Origin: a virus
Virus record (IMG/VR): IMGVR_UViG_3300002064_000001
Coordinates: 1 to 42,131 of that record
Strand: one strand, 5' to 3'
Length of the DNA stretch: 42,131 bases
A model generated the notes under the pieces. That model searched no databases and was not told the origin of the DNA. It worked only from the letters and a program-made list of their open reading frames with translations. This document shows positions 17,105 through 25,500 of this stretch, piece by piece; the stretch's first letter is position 1, and every line of letters starts with the position of its first letter. The translations under genes were made by a program, and so were the position numbers.

Positions 17105-18244
17105 TTATAATCTTGGTTTACGTTTCTTGTAATAATTAGTTGTAGGTCTCTTAGCTGAAGAAGGCATGTCTTGAACGTAGTTCATTTTTTCCTTTTCATA
17201 TTTACCTTTCCAGTAATAAGATTCAGAAGCTCCTGGTTTATAACCATAGTCATGTACTTGCTGAGAAGCTAGTTCACATAATTTATATAGTAGTAAATCA
17301 TATCCTTCTTGAATAACAAGTGCATTATCATCTGAACTAATACGTGGAGACAGAACACCTTCTTCACTAATGAATAAGTATTTAGAATAGTATTCAATCT
17401 CTGATTGGTCTTGAATGTTTGATGTAATAGCATCAACCTTCCACCCAGTAAGTGCTAACCCTGATACATCCCCAAAACTAGATTCAATAAAATTAATATT
17501 AGTTGGGTCAGGTATACCTGTGTTAACAGCATCACGCCAGTCTAGTTTAACTAAGTTCCATCCATCAACAAAACCTGTACCGTATACAGTACGTGTTGTT
17601 GTAATTTCAAAACAGTTAAGTGCATCAGTACCAGCTTTAATTTTAAACTGAGCTAGGTTTCCTTTTGGTGGAATCTTAATAAACATATAGAATGATGATT
17701 CATTCATGTGCCCAATAAGGTTTAAGCTTAATCCATTAGCTGTAATACTAAATGGTCCAGGTGCTACTTGACGGAAAGATACAGAGCCTGTTCCTTGGAT
17801 GTAGTCATAAGGGTCTCGTTTAATATCATCAATGTTTGAACCTGTCAAATCAGCAGAAGAATCAAAGTCAATAAGTTGTAGTCCTTCCGGTACCTCAACC
17901 CCTTCTACTTCCATTGCTTTAAACCCATTGATATATTTAATATCAATGTTTTCTTCTTGGTTGTTTTTAGTATTACTTAATACAAGTTTAAAGTCATCTT
18001 GTCCAGCAATATTAATTCTAACAAACTTCTTCTTGTTCATATCACTTGGTAGTGCAAGCAATGGGTCATCAAGATAAACAAAAGGTAGTTCTGACTTCCT
18101 TCGTGTTTCTTCTAGGTCCAGGTCTTTTACAACCTCACGCCCTGCATTTTCAATTAATCCATTCGGATTAAAAAGCTTATCAAGGTTTGTTCCGTGAAGT
18201 TTTCCTGCTAGGTCATTTTTTAAATCTGATACTCTATAATTCAT
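17105..18244 (-). CDS. Tail tubular protein A / adaptor-like protein (by position)
   Basis: 379 aa from MNYRVSDLK. The track's longer ORF starts at TTG and contains the promoter. Confidence 0.35.
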   Translation of the reverse strand: MNYRVSDLKNDLAGKLHGTNLDKLFNPNGLIENAGREVVKDLDLEETRRKSELPFVYLDDPLLALPSDMNKKKFVRINIAGQDDFKLVLSNTKNNQEENIDIKYINGFKAMEVEGVEVPEGLQLIDFDSSADLTGSNIDDIKRDPYDYIQGTGSVSFRQVAPGPFSITANGLSLNLIGHMNESSFYMFIKIPPKGNLAQFKIKAGTDALNCFEITTTRTVYGTGFVDGWNLVKLDWRDAVNTGIPDPTNINFIESSFGDVSGLALTGWKVDAITSNIQDQSEIEYYSKYLFISEEGVLSPRISSDDNALVIQEGYDLLLYKLCELASQQVHDYGYKPGASESYYWKGKYEKEKMNYVQDMPSSAKRPTTNYYKKRKPRL

Positions 18245-18251
18245 ATAAACC

Positions 18252-18260
18252 ATTATACCA
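18252..18260 (-). promoter_or_regulatory. Extended -10 promoter TGgTATAAT, 7 nt upstream of ATG 18244
   Basis: Minus strand gataTGGTATAAT-ggtttat-ATG. TTGTCT lies 17 nt upstream as a possible -35. Confidence 0.6.
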
Positions 18261-18282
18261 TATCTACCTAATTTAGACAAAG

Positions 18283-18301
18283 AAAAAACACCACATAGGT
18301 G
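18283..18301 (-). terminator. Weak terminator after the capsid gene
   Basis: Minus RNA CACC-UAUGU-GGUG (4 bp only) followed by U6. Confidence 0.3.
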
Positions 18302-18317
18302 ATGTTTCTTCGGTAGG

Positions 18318-19301
18318 TTAAGCCCCTACTGAACCAGTAACTCCAATGAAGTCAACAGCTTCTTGACCATCTCGGAAAGATGCTAGGTATTTTGAAGTAC
18401 CATTGTCAGAATATTGTTTGTCTCGGAAGTTAGTTTCAAGTGCTTTACGAGTATAAGACATAACTCGGTGTTCGTCTCCTAATAGGAAGAACGCAGTATC
18501 TGAACCAGCAGTAAGTGTTCCAAATACAGGGTCTACTGTAGAAGTAATTTGTGCTCCCATGTAACGTGATGTTGCAAGTGAGATGTCATACTTGTTTGAG
18601 TAGTAGTTAATGTCGTTGTCGTTTGAACCTGTAACTTTATCAGTATCAAGTAATACGCAAGCTTCTTTGTGAAGTGCAGTTGGAACCAATAGGCTTGATG
18701 CAACTTGTCCTTCATCAATAGTACCATCGTGTAATACTTGTGAGTAAAGTTTTGTGAATAGGTCATCCACTCCAGCTTCTCCAAATGCAGTTGTAGATTT
18801 GTTGTCAACTACATCTCCGTTAAGAGTTTCGTTAGTATCGTCTACAAGATATTTAGGAGTACCTACTGTTGACAAGATAGTCTCAGTAGATGCGAAAGCT
18901 CCACGGTAAAGGTCGAATCGAATTCGGTTTTTAGTCTGCATAGCTTTTCGTCCAAGGTCAGCAACGTGTCGTTTTACAACTCCCCACATGTCATCATCTT
19001 CAAGTTCTTCTGTAATTTTTACAGAGTTAGTGAACTTAGAGAATCCAACTGGTCGTTTTGGTCCTTGTTCGAAATTACTTTCAGCGTAATCTCCTTCTTC
19101 CGCAGTTCCTACGAATTCCCCAATTCCTTGGTAAATAGTTGAAACAGTTTCAGCTCGGTTGTTAATAGATTCTTGGTTGAAGATTCGTGTGTCAGAATGG
19201 TCAACGTGTCCTGAGATTTTTTTCTTGTTGTAAGAATCCCAGAAGATTTTGTCTAACCCAGTTTTTACAACATCAGGGTTAAGTGCTCGGTCGTTAGTCA
19301 T
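18318..19301 (-). CDS. Major capsid protein
   Basis: 327 aa, directly after the scaffold-like gene and preceded by a long structured leader. The call rests on position and size. Confidence 0.65.
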   Translation of the reverse strand: MTNDRALNPDVVKTGLDKIFWDSYNKKKISGHVDHSDTRIFNQESINNRAETVSTIYQGIGEFVGTAEEGDYAESNFEQGPKRPVGFSKFTNSVKITEELEDDDMWGVVKRHVADLGRKAMQTKNRIRFDLYRGAFASTETILSTVGTPKYLVDDTNETLNGDVVDNKSTTAFGEAGVDDLFTKLYSQVLHDGTIDEGQVASSLLVPTALHKEACVLLDTDKVTGSNDNDINYYSNKYDISLATSRYMGAQITSTVDPVFGTLTAGSDTAFFLLGDEHRVMSYTRKALETNFRDKQYSDNGTSKYLASFRDGQEAVDFIGVTGSVGA

Positions 19302-19376
19302 AGTAATTTTTATAAATTAATAAGTAAATAAAGAATCAATATAACTTAACGTATAGGTTTAATGTCTATAAATCTA

Positions 19377-19997
19377 TTACTCGCTTGGGTTAATAGTAGA
19401 CTCATCCACACCAATAGCTTCAAGGAATTTCTTGTCAGCTTGTGATAATGGAATGTTTGCACCTTCAGTTGGAGCAGTACCTGGTAGGTCTACTCCTTTA
19501 GCTTTAGTATTCAAGGTACGTTTAAGTTCTTTGTTAACTACAGCAGTCTTCTCTGCTTGTGCAAGTGTAAGAGCAACTGATAAATCTGCTTCAGGATTTC
19601 CTGTAGGCTTAACGATATTATCTAAGTAGTATTCTACTTTAGCTCGTACATTGTCGTCTTCTACTAATTGAGGTAATGATTCACGGAACTTAGTAGCTTC
19701 CTTTTCAGCAAGTTTCTTTTCCATGTATGCATCAAGTTCTTCCGGTGATAATCCAGCAGACGGAGTTTCCTCTGTCTTAGGAGTTTCTTCTTTCGGAACT
19801 TCTTTTTTAGCAAGTCGTTCTTGGTTAAGTTTATATTGAGCTTGAGCTAATTCTTTTTCTTTAGCTTCAAGTTGTGCTTTGTAAAAAGCGGTTGATTCTT
19901 CAGGGGGTGTAGTTCCCGCATCAGGATTCGAATCAGGTGTAGTCGGTGCCCCGGCTACTTCCTCTACTGTTGGTTTAGTATTATCTACATCAGACAT
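19377..19997 (-). CDS. Scaffolding protein
   Basis: 206 aa, Ala/Glu/Lys-rich with a coiled-coil character (AQLEAKEKELAQAQYKLNQERLAKKE). It lies between the portal and capsid genes. Confidence 0.6.
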   Translation of the reverse strand: MSDVDNTKPTVEEVAGAPTTPDSNPDAGTTPPEESTAFYKAQLEAKEKELAQAQYKLNQERLAKKEVPKEETPKTEETPSAGLSPEELDAYMEKKLAEKEATKFRESLPQLVEDDNVRAKVEYYLDNIVKPTGNPEADLSVALTLAQAEKTAVVNKELKRTLNTKAKGVDLPGTAPTEGANIPLSQADKKFLEAIGVDESTINPSE

Positions 19998-20202
19998 ATT
20001 GTTTAATCTTTCTTACCGTGAAAGTTACGGGGTCTTATCTTTATTCGAACCCTGATTGCAAAATCAGTGTCAGGTCAAAGTTACCTATAATTTATAATCA
20101 TAGTCACGAATGTAACTAGTAGTAGGGACAAGAGAGAAACCACAGCAAAAATCTTTCTCACCCCCACAACTAGTCACACTAGTGACTGGTTAATATGTGT
20201 TT

Positions 20203-20211
20203 ATTATACCA
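20203..20211 (-). promoter_or_regulatory. Extended -10 promoter TGgTATAAT driving a ~200-nt leader before the scaffold gene
   Basis: Minus strand aatgTGGTATAAT-aaacaca.... No ATG follows at the usual distance. Confidence 0.5.
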
Positions 20212-20213
20212 CA

Positions 20214-20537
20214 TTAATTGTCTTTATGCATACTTGACAACACATTTAATTTGTTGTTTATCAAGTTTACACTATACAATAAAGCCTTCCCAAACTCACT
20301 CTCTTCTTTATAATAAATCTTTTCGTGAGCTAGGTGACTTAGTTCATTCAACATAAGAGAGACAACATGGTCTTTCTTTTTAGCATCGTAAGCTTGACGA
20401 GCTACGGTCATTACTTGACGTTGGTCTAGTTGTTTACCATTAATAAATAGTTTACCTCTATGTGATACCAAGAAATCCGTTGATACATTTGCATTGAATA
20501 GGTGCTTTAAACACCAGTTTTTGATTCGCTGTTTCAT
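20214..20537 (-). CDS. Hypothetical protein (107 aa) between portal and scaffold
   Basis: ATG-started ORF. TAGTATAAT lies 6 nt upstream (20544-20549). Confidence 0.5.
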   Translation of the reverse strand: MKQRIKNWCLKHLFNANVSTDFLVSHRGKLFINGKQLDQRQVMTVARQAYDAKKKDHVVSLMLNELSHLAHEKIYYKEESEFGKALLYSVNLINNKLNVLSSMHKDN

Positions 20538-20555
20538 AGTAGTATTATACTATTA

Positions 20556-22448
20556 TTACTCAGTATCTGCAAGTAAATTCTTTAGACTACCAGTACCTGT
20601 TATTTGTTGAGGTAGATTACCATTAACCGGTTGGTCAACTTCAGGTTGTTGTAGTCCATCATCTTTACGCATGAATCGTTCTTCATCTCCTGGCATATAT
20701 GGAGTTAATAGGAATTCCTTAGTAACTTCATTCTGGTCAAGAGTTGGGTTATTAATAGCCCGGTCGTATGCTTCAAGTTTAAGTGCTCGTTCCATACGTT
20801 TGTTAGGTTTAGTTAATTCTTCTTCTGAAATAAATACAGAGAACTTTTGTTTTCTAAACAGAACAGGGTCAACAAGTTTAATAGATACATCATTATCAAC
20901 ACCTTCTTCTTCAAAGAGTCGCATTGAAATTTCATCTTCGTCAACCATTTCTTCACCAAAGAATTCATCAGTGAATCGTACTTGATTCATATCTGAAGGT
21001 CCTTCTCCTTGAAGATTACCATTAGCTAGAAGTGATTTATATTTAAGCTTCTGTCCTCCTGACAATAACTCAGTAACTTCTGGCATAGTTAGATATTGTA
21101 GAATATCTCCTTGCATTAGTTTTCCTAATTGCTTTACAAGACTTGATAACTGTCGTCCAAATAATCCTAATGAACGTAGTGAGTTTTCTTCTAGCCCTGC
21201 GAACTCTACTGCTGTCATTTCTTTTGAATCAGCAATACCTGCTGAACGTCCTGACTGAGTAGACTCTGACATTGATTGTTCAATGTTTTGTGTAAGTCGT
21301 AGACCTGCTCCAATGTCTGAGTTACCTGATAGAACTTCTACCTTACCTTCTTCTCCGGCATGAGTAACTTGACCTGGAATCATAACAGGTGCATCAAATC
21401 TAGTTTCACCGTATGAAATCATAGGTGGAATAAGTGCAATAGCTCCTGCATCGAAAATCATATTATACAATGAATCAATAAGGTTCTGGTCTGGTGCAAT
21501 CTTATTTACAGCAGACTTACCTACAAACATTGCTTGAATTTCTTCGAACACTAATGAAGCAAAAGGATATAGTCCATCTTCACGTGTCATAGGTTCATCA
21601 TGAGCAGTCATAAGGATACCATTAATAAGAACAACTTCTTCACAAGCAAGACGGTCGAAGTATGTCATAACCATTACTTCATCATCTTTCAAGTGCTTAG
21701 TATCTTCTTCATAGAATGAAGATTCGTTTGAATCCCACTTAACAATAGTACCAGCAGTAATATATCCAAAGTTCTTATTCAAACCGTAACGTTGTTTAGC
21801 TTGACCATAAGATGTAACCTTTCGTTTAATAAGCCAAGGTTGTAGTTGAATATTCTTTTGATTAATATCAGCAAACAAGATGTCTTGAATCTTTAGAGAG
21901 TTATAAAGAATACCTGTCATTAATTCATCAATGACTTGTTCTTTTTCAATCTCTCCCATTTCATTACGCCATCGTTTTGTTCTAAACGTTTCGTAGTATC
22001 CTGTTTCAATATATGCAATAGGGTCAGTAAGTGCGTTGATAACTGTACGTGCATAATCCATTTCGTAAGATGAGTGTTCAATAACCCATCGTGAAATTAA
22101 CCGCATCACTTCAGCAGTATCTCTGTCCTGCATGTCTTGGTCATTCTGTGCCCGGAACGAAGGATAGATAATCATTGAAATCATTTTGTTTGCAATCATC
22201 ATAATCTTGTTACGAGTAACAGGACGAACGGTATCTGCCATCCAATCAAAGTCTGGGTCAGATGCTCGTGGTGGCATGTATGTGTTAAAAGCTTTTTGAT
22301 TACGTTCAGCTTCTTCTAAAATAGAACGTTCATCATAAGCTCTTATTGGAGTATTCAATGTTCGTACTCCTTTATTGTATTTAACAAGAATATCAGAAAC
22401 TTTCATTTCCTCATCCTTTGTATATTTAATGTCAAGCTTTTTTTTCAT
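20556..22448 (-). CDS. Portal (head-tail connector) protein
   Basis: 630 aa, downstream of the large terminase and upstream of scaffold/capsid. The start is moved to MKKKLDIKY because the -10 hexamer overlaps the first ATG. Confidence 0.7.
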   Translation of the reverse strand: MKKKLDIKYTKDEEMKVSDILVKYNKGVRTLNTPIRAYDERSILEEAERNQKAFNTYMPPRASDPDFDWMADTVRPVTRNKIMMIANKMISMIIYPSFRAQNDQDMQDRDTAEVMRLISRWVIEHSSYEMDYARTVINALTDPIAYIETGYYETFRTKRWRNEMGEIEKEQVIDELMTGILYNSLKIQDILFADINQKNIQLQPWLIKRKVTSYGQAKQRYGLNKNFGYITAGTIVKWDSNESSFYEEDTKHLKDDEVMVMTYFDRLACEEVVLINGILMTAHDEPMTREDGLYPFASLVFEEIQAMFVGKSAVNKIAPDQNLIDSLYNMIFDAGAIALIPPMISYGETRFDAPVMIPGQVTHAGEEGKVEVLSGNSDIGAGLRLTQNIEQSMSESTQSGRSAGIADSKEMTAVEFAGLEENSLRSLGLFGRQLSSLVKQLGKLMQGDILQYLTMPEVTELLSGGQKLKYKSLLANGNLQGEGPSDMNQVRFTDEFFGEEMVDEDEISMRLFEEEGVDNDVSIKLVDPVLFRKQKFSVFISEEELTKPNKRMERALKLEAYDRAINNPTLDQNEVTKEFLLTPYMPGDEERFMRKDDGLQQPEVDQPVNGNLPQQITGTGSLKNLLADTE

Positions 22449-22455
22449 ATGACTC

Positions 22456-22464
22456 ATTATACCA
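22456..22464 (-). promoter_or_regulatory. Extended -10 promoter TGgTATAAT, 7 nt upstream of ATG 22448
   Basis: Minus strand aataTGGTATAAT-gagtcat-ATG. Confidence 0.6.
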
Positions 22465-22484
22465 TATTGTTAATATATGGACAA

Positions 22485-22859
22485 CTACTTTTTCTTTTTC
22501 TTATATAGTTTTTTGAAAGCAAAATATTGCTCCACTAGATAACCTAGTAAATAAGCTGAGGGTTCATCACCATCAGGGTCAGTAGTGTGACCGATATGAT
22601 TCATAATAAATTGAACAGCATGTAGCATTTCGTGAGCAACAGTCCCTGGGTCATCAACATTAAACCTAACAAGTATTTGTCTTGACTCCTCCATATGGTT
22701 CTCTGCCCTACCATCAGCACACTTATCCCAACCATGCTTATCCTCAAGCTCCTTGTTCATCTTTGGTGTAAAACACTGTATTCTACAATAGTACATAGGT
22801 ACATCAATAGTAAAGGATTCTGCATTAACTAATTTTTCTTTCTTTGCGTATAGTTTCAT
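22485..22859 (-). CDS. Minimal zincin-like metallopeptidase (HExxH)
   Basis: 124 aa with AHEMLHAVQFIMNHIGH (HExxH plus downstream His residues) and a Lys-rich tail. Confidence 0.45.
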   Translation of the reverse strand: MKLYAKKEKLVNAESFTIDVPMYYCRIQCFTPKMNKELEDKHGWDKCADGRAENHMEESRQILVRFNVDDPGTVAHEMLHAVQFIMNHIGHTTDPDGDEPSAYLLGYLVEQYFAFKKLYKKKKK

Positions 22860-22860
22860 A

Positions 22861-24381
22861 TTATCTTCGTTTTAAATAAGACCTAACCTTTTGACGAACA
22901 CGTTGAGATGTTCTATTTGTTTCAGTCTTCTTAAGTGCGTCTAAACAGAATGACATACAGTCTGCACGGTCATCCCTTTTCCCTCTAGGGAATTGTAATA
23001 ATTCTAATTCGTAAGATGTATCTTGTGCTCCCTTACGGTGATATATTACACCACGTTGATAGAGTCCTAACAACCCTACACCAATACGTTCTTTCTTGTT
23101 ACCACGTTTGGTTTCATAAACCTTAAAGTGTACACCTCGTTTTGATTGCTCTTCTTCAAGAAGAAACGCTAATGATTTCTGGAATGCAATCTGCTCCATT
23201 GTTACACGTGAACCATATTCTTCATAATGTTTAAAGATAAGGTCAACTGTTTCTCGTGGAGTAAAGTGTCCTGCGTCTTCTCTGATTCTATAGATGTTAT
23301 AGTCATCACGTTCCTTTGCAATAGTAAGTACGACAGTGTTATCAGCATCATCATCTTGTGAGATAGCCGGGTCAATAAGAGTATAGTAATCAAGCTTCTT
23401 TGCTTTAAACTCTTCTGAGTTAGGGTCAAAGTATTTAAAGTTATCTTCCTTAAAGACTTGTAGTTCAGATAGAATAGGGTCCTGTTGGTATTGTGAAGCC
23501 CAAGCATATAGTGACTTAGCCTTAATAACCTCTAATGCTTTTAAGTCGAACACCTCTTTCCATAGTGGCTCACCTGCCTTACGAAATAGTTTCCCATCAT
23601 AGTATTGGTCTTCAGTAGCAATGGCTTCGAAATTAATCACTTCCCATTTCTCGAATTCACCATCTGGGTTTTCAAGTTCTTGTTTGGCTTGTTCTTCTAA
23701 TAGTCTACCTACTGGGTCATCTTCATGCCAGCGTTGCATAATAACAATCTTTACCTTTCCATATTGTATTGTCTCCTTTGTTTCTGGGTCCTTAGCTTTA
23801 TATGGTTGAGAACGAGAACCAAGTGTATCTCGAAAATATACCCAAGCCTTATCACGTGATGTCTTTGATTCTGCATCTGCACGTGACTTAATCATATCGT
23901 CAGCAATAGTAATGTTGGCACCATACCCTGTAACGTTACCTCCCACACCTACACCTAAGAAGATAGAACCATTATCAAGCTTCATACTTGATTTACTCTT
24001 TTCATCTTTTCTTAATGTAGCATCAGGGAATATTGCTTTGTATTGTTTGGAATTTAATATGTCACGGATATTCGAACCTGTCTTCTCTGCAAACTTACCG
24101 GTATGTGTGGCAAAGATTAATTCTAGTCCAGGTAATAGTCCCATAAGAAATGTACCCATCAGTTCAGCGAATGTATGAGTTTTACCATGACGAGGAGGAA
24201 CAGCAACGATAAGATATAGTTCTGCTCCTGGTGTAGTTAATGCTGTATAGATTCTGTCTACCATGTCAGCGAAGATACGGTGAATAGTAGATACTTCATA
24301 TTTAGGATTAACTAATTGTGCGTATGCTCGAAAGGATTGCCTTCCTAGTTTTGCAAGTAATGTATTTATTGAATGTTTCAT
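22861..24381 (-). CDS. terL: Terminase large subunit
   Basis: Walker A-like VAVPPRHGKT, Walker B-like ITIADD, and acidic C-terminal nuclease-type motifs. It lies directly upstream of the portal region. ATG 24381 is preferred over the TTG at 24405. Confidence 0.85.
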   Translation of the reverse strand: MKHSINTLLAKLGRQSFRAYAQLVNPKYEVSTIHRIFADMVDRIYTALTTPGAELYLIVAVPPRHGKTHTFAELMGTFLMGLLPGLELIFATHTGKFAEKTGSNIRDILNSKQYKAIFPDATLRKDEKSKSSMKLDNGSIFLGVGVGGNVTGYGANITIADDMIKSRADAESKTSRDKAWVYFRDTLGSRSQPYKAKDPETKETIQYGKVKIVIMQRWHEDDPVGRLLEEQAKQELENPDGEFEKWEVINFEAIATEDQYYDGKLFRKAGEPLWKEVFDLKALEVIKAKSLYAWASQYQQDPILSELQVFKEDNFKYFDPNSEEFKAKKLDYYTLIDPAISQDDDADNTVVLTIAKERDDYNIYRIREDAGHFTPRETVDLIFKHYEEYGSRVTMEQIAFQKSLAFLLEEEQSKRGVHFKVYETKRGNKKERIGVGLLGLYQRGVIYHRKGAQDTSYELELLQFPRGKRDDRADCMSFCLDALKKTETNRTSQRVRQKVRSYLKRR

Positions 24382-24391
24382 AATGTGTGGT

Positions 24392-24811
24392 TTAATCGTT
24401 AACAATATCTTTAAGAGTATCTATAAGGTCACGTGCTTGTGAATTAGATAGTTGAGACTTAAAGTCGAATTCACTAATCCCGGCAGTAGATGAGCCATGG
24501 TCTTTAATAATCTTAATAAGAGTTTGTAGCTCAGATGATTTAGGATTAGTACGTAGTGTCTGCATTAATCCTTGTACCATTTGTGGTAACATCTCTCCGG
24601 CTATTTGAATTGTTACTCCTGATAAATCTGAGATGAAGTTAGGTCTTGTTTGAAATTCAAGTATCTCTTCTTTAGTTACGTTATACATATCTCCGAATTC
24701 CATAAGTGTTGTTGGTCTACGGTCTTGCTTTGGAGTTGCTTCCCATCTAAGGTAGCGTTTGTATACTTGTTCCATTGGAACCCTTTCTTTCTTTAAGCTT
24801 GGTTTTTTCAT
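24392..24811 (-). CDS. Terminase small subunit candidate
   Basis: 139 aa, the first gene of the late arm, immediately upstream of terL. The start is taken at the second ATG, 8 nt after the -10 hexamer. Confidence 0.4.
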   Translation of the reverse strand: MKKPSLKKERVPMEQVYKRYLRWEATPKQDRRPTTLMEFGDMYNVTKEEILEFQTRPNFISDLSGVTIQIAGEMLPQMVQGLMQTLRTNPKSSELQTLIKIIKDHGSSTAGISEFDFKSQLSNSQARDLIDTLKDIVND

Positions 24812-24819
24812 ATACATAT

Positions 24820-24828
24820 ATTATAGCA
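24820..24828 (-). promoter_or_regulatory. Extended -10 promoter TGcTATAAT at the head of the late arm
   Basis: Minus strand catgTGCTATAAT-atatgtat-ATG. Confidence 0.55.
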
Positions 24829-25018
24829 CATGGTTTGAATTTTGAAAAATTTTTTGGAGGGGTCAAACGTACTATTCTGGAAGCAAAACATTTCCCCGTA
24901 CTCCCCTCCCTCTTTGTAGCAATATAGTATCAGTCTAAATACATACCCGTCAAAATATTTTCTTAATAAAAAAGCTTTTAAAAAAAGAGGGCATGCGGTT
25001 TTTGATAGACATACATGC

Positions 25019-25035
25019 GGTAGGGTAGGGCAGGG
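25019..25035 (+). other. G-tract cluster GGTAGGGTAGGGCAGGG (potential G-quadruplex)
   Basis: Four G-runs (2,3,3,3) separated by 2-nt loops, inside an otherwise AT-rich intergenic region. Confidence 0.4.
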
Positions 25036-25124
25036 CACTATATATGTAACGTCGGACAATATTTATTTTGCGACGTTGTAAAGTATTATGCTCATTTATT
25101 GTGCATGTGTTTTATGTGCCGGCT

Positions 25125-25273
25125 CGTGTGATACGCACACACTCTTTTTTAAAAACTATTAATAAAAAAAATAAATATATAAACTTAATATAATAAGTAT
25201 GGAATAAAAAAGAAAATTGGACTTTTAAACAAAAACAAAAACTTTTTAAAAAAAAATTCCTCCGTATCACACG
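25125..25273. repeat. 11-bp inverted repeat CGTGTGATACG / CGTATCACACG flanking a 127-bp extremely AT-rich core (candidate DNA-unwinding element)
   Basis: 25125-25135 is the exact reverse complement of 25263-25273. The interior is dominated by A/T tracts. Confidence 0.6.
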
Positions 25274-25349
25274 AATACAACAAATAACACGAATAAGCTC
25301 ACCAGTCAAAAACCCTTATATTATAACAAAATACATACATATCAAAAAG

Positions 25350-25358
25350 TTATCCACA
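25350..25358 (+). promoter_or_regulatory. Perfect DnaA-box consensus TTATCCACA
   Basis: Exact 9-mer in the divergent intergenic region, preceded by ATATCAAAA. Confidence 0.5.
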
Positions 25359-25387
25359 GCTCACCAAACAAAAAACAACAAAAACAC

Positions 25388-25416
25388 TTGCTCATTTATT
25401 AAGCATGGTATATATT
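25388..25416 (+). promoter_or_regulatory. Sigma70-type early promoter TTGCTC-N17-TATATT embedded in inverted repeat ACTTGCT...AGCAAGT
   Basis: -35 at 25388-25393 and -10 at 25411-16, with TG three nt upstream. The 7-bp arms bracket it. Confidence 0.5.
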
Positions 25417-25465
25417 GTAATTAAGCAAGTTATAGGGCAAAACATATAGACCCAATATATAGACC

Positions 25466-25494
25466 TTGCTCATTAATAAAAAATAACTTATCAT
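25466..25494 (+). promoter_or_regulatory. Sigma70-type promoter TTGCTC-N17-TATCAT, 6 nt upstream of ATG 25501 (leaderless)
   Basis: Spacing counted directly. It is preceded by two ATATAGACC direct repeats (25444-25452 and 25457-25465). Confidence 0.5.
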
Positions 25495-25500
25495 ATAATC

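Noticed and set aside
17097-17105. TATAATATG at the 379-aa / 701-aa gene junction considered as another late promoter
   Set aside because: The hexamer abuts the ATG with zero spacing, lies inside the upstream coding sequence and lacks the TGn extension. It is probably a coincidence of AT-rich sequence.
20041-20075. T-loop-like GGTTCGAAT and a CTGAT...ATCAG hairpin on the minus strand, considered as a third tRNA
   Set aside because: No 5-bp stem flanks the UUCGAAU. The hairpin loop is 6 nt, not 7, and no acceptor stem can be formed.
24894-24910. C-run cluster CCCC-N5-CCCC-N-CCC considered as a minus-strand G-quadruplex
   Set aside because: There are only three G-runs on the minus strand, so a canonical four-run G4 is not possible. 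I kept it only as a compositional oddity within the control region.
24808-25309. Minus-strand ORFs 24808-25059 (83 aa) and 25112-25309 (65 aa) in the divergent intergenic region
   Set aside because: Both start at TTG and encode low-complexity Phe/Leu/Cys-rich sequence. They overlap the late promoter, the G-tract, the inverted repeat and the AT-rich core, so the region is better explained as regulatory/origin DNA.
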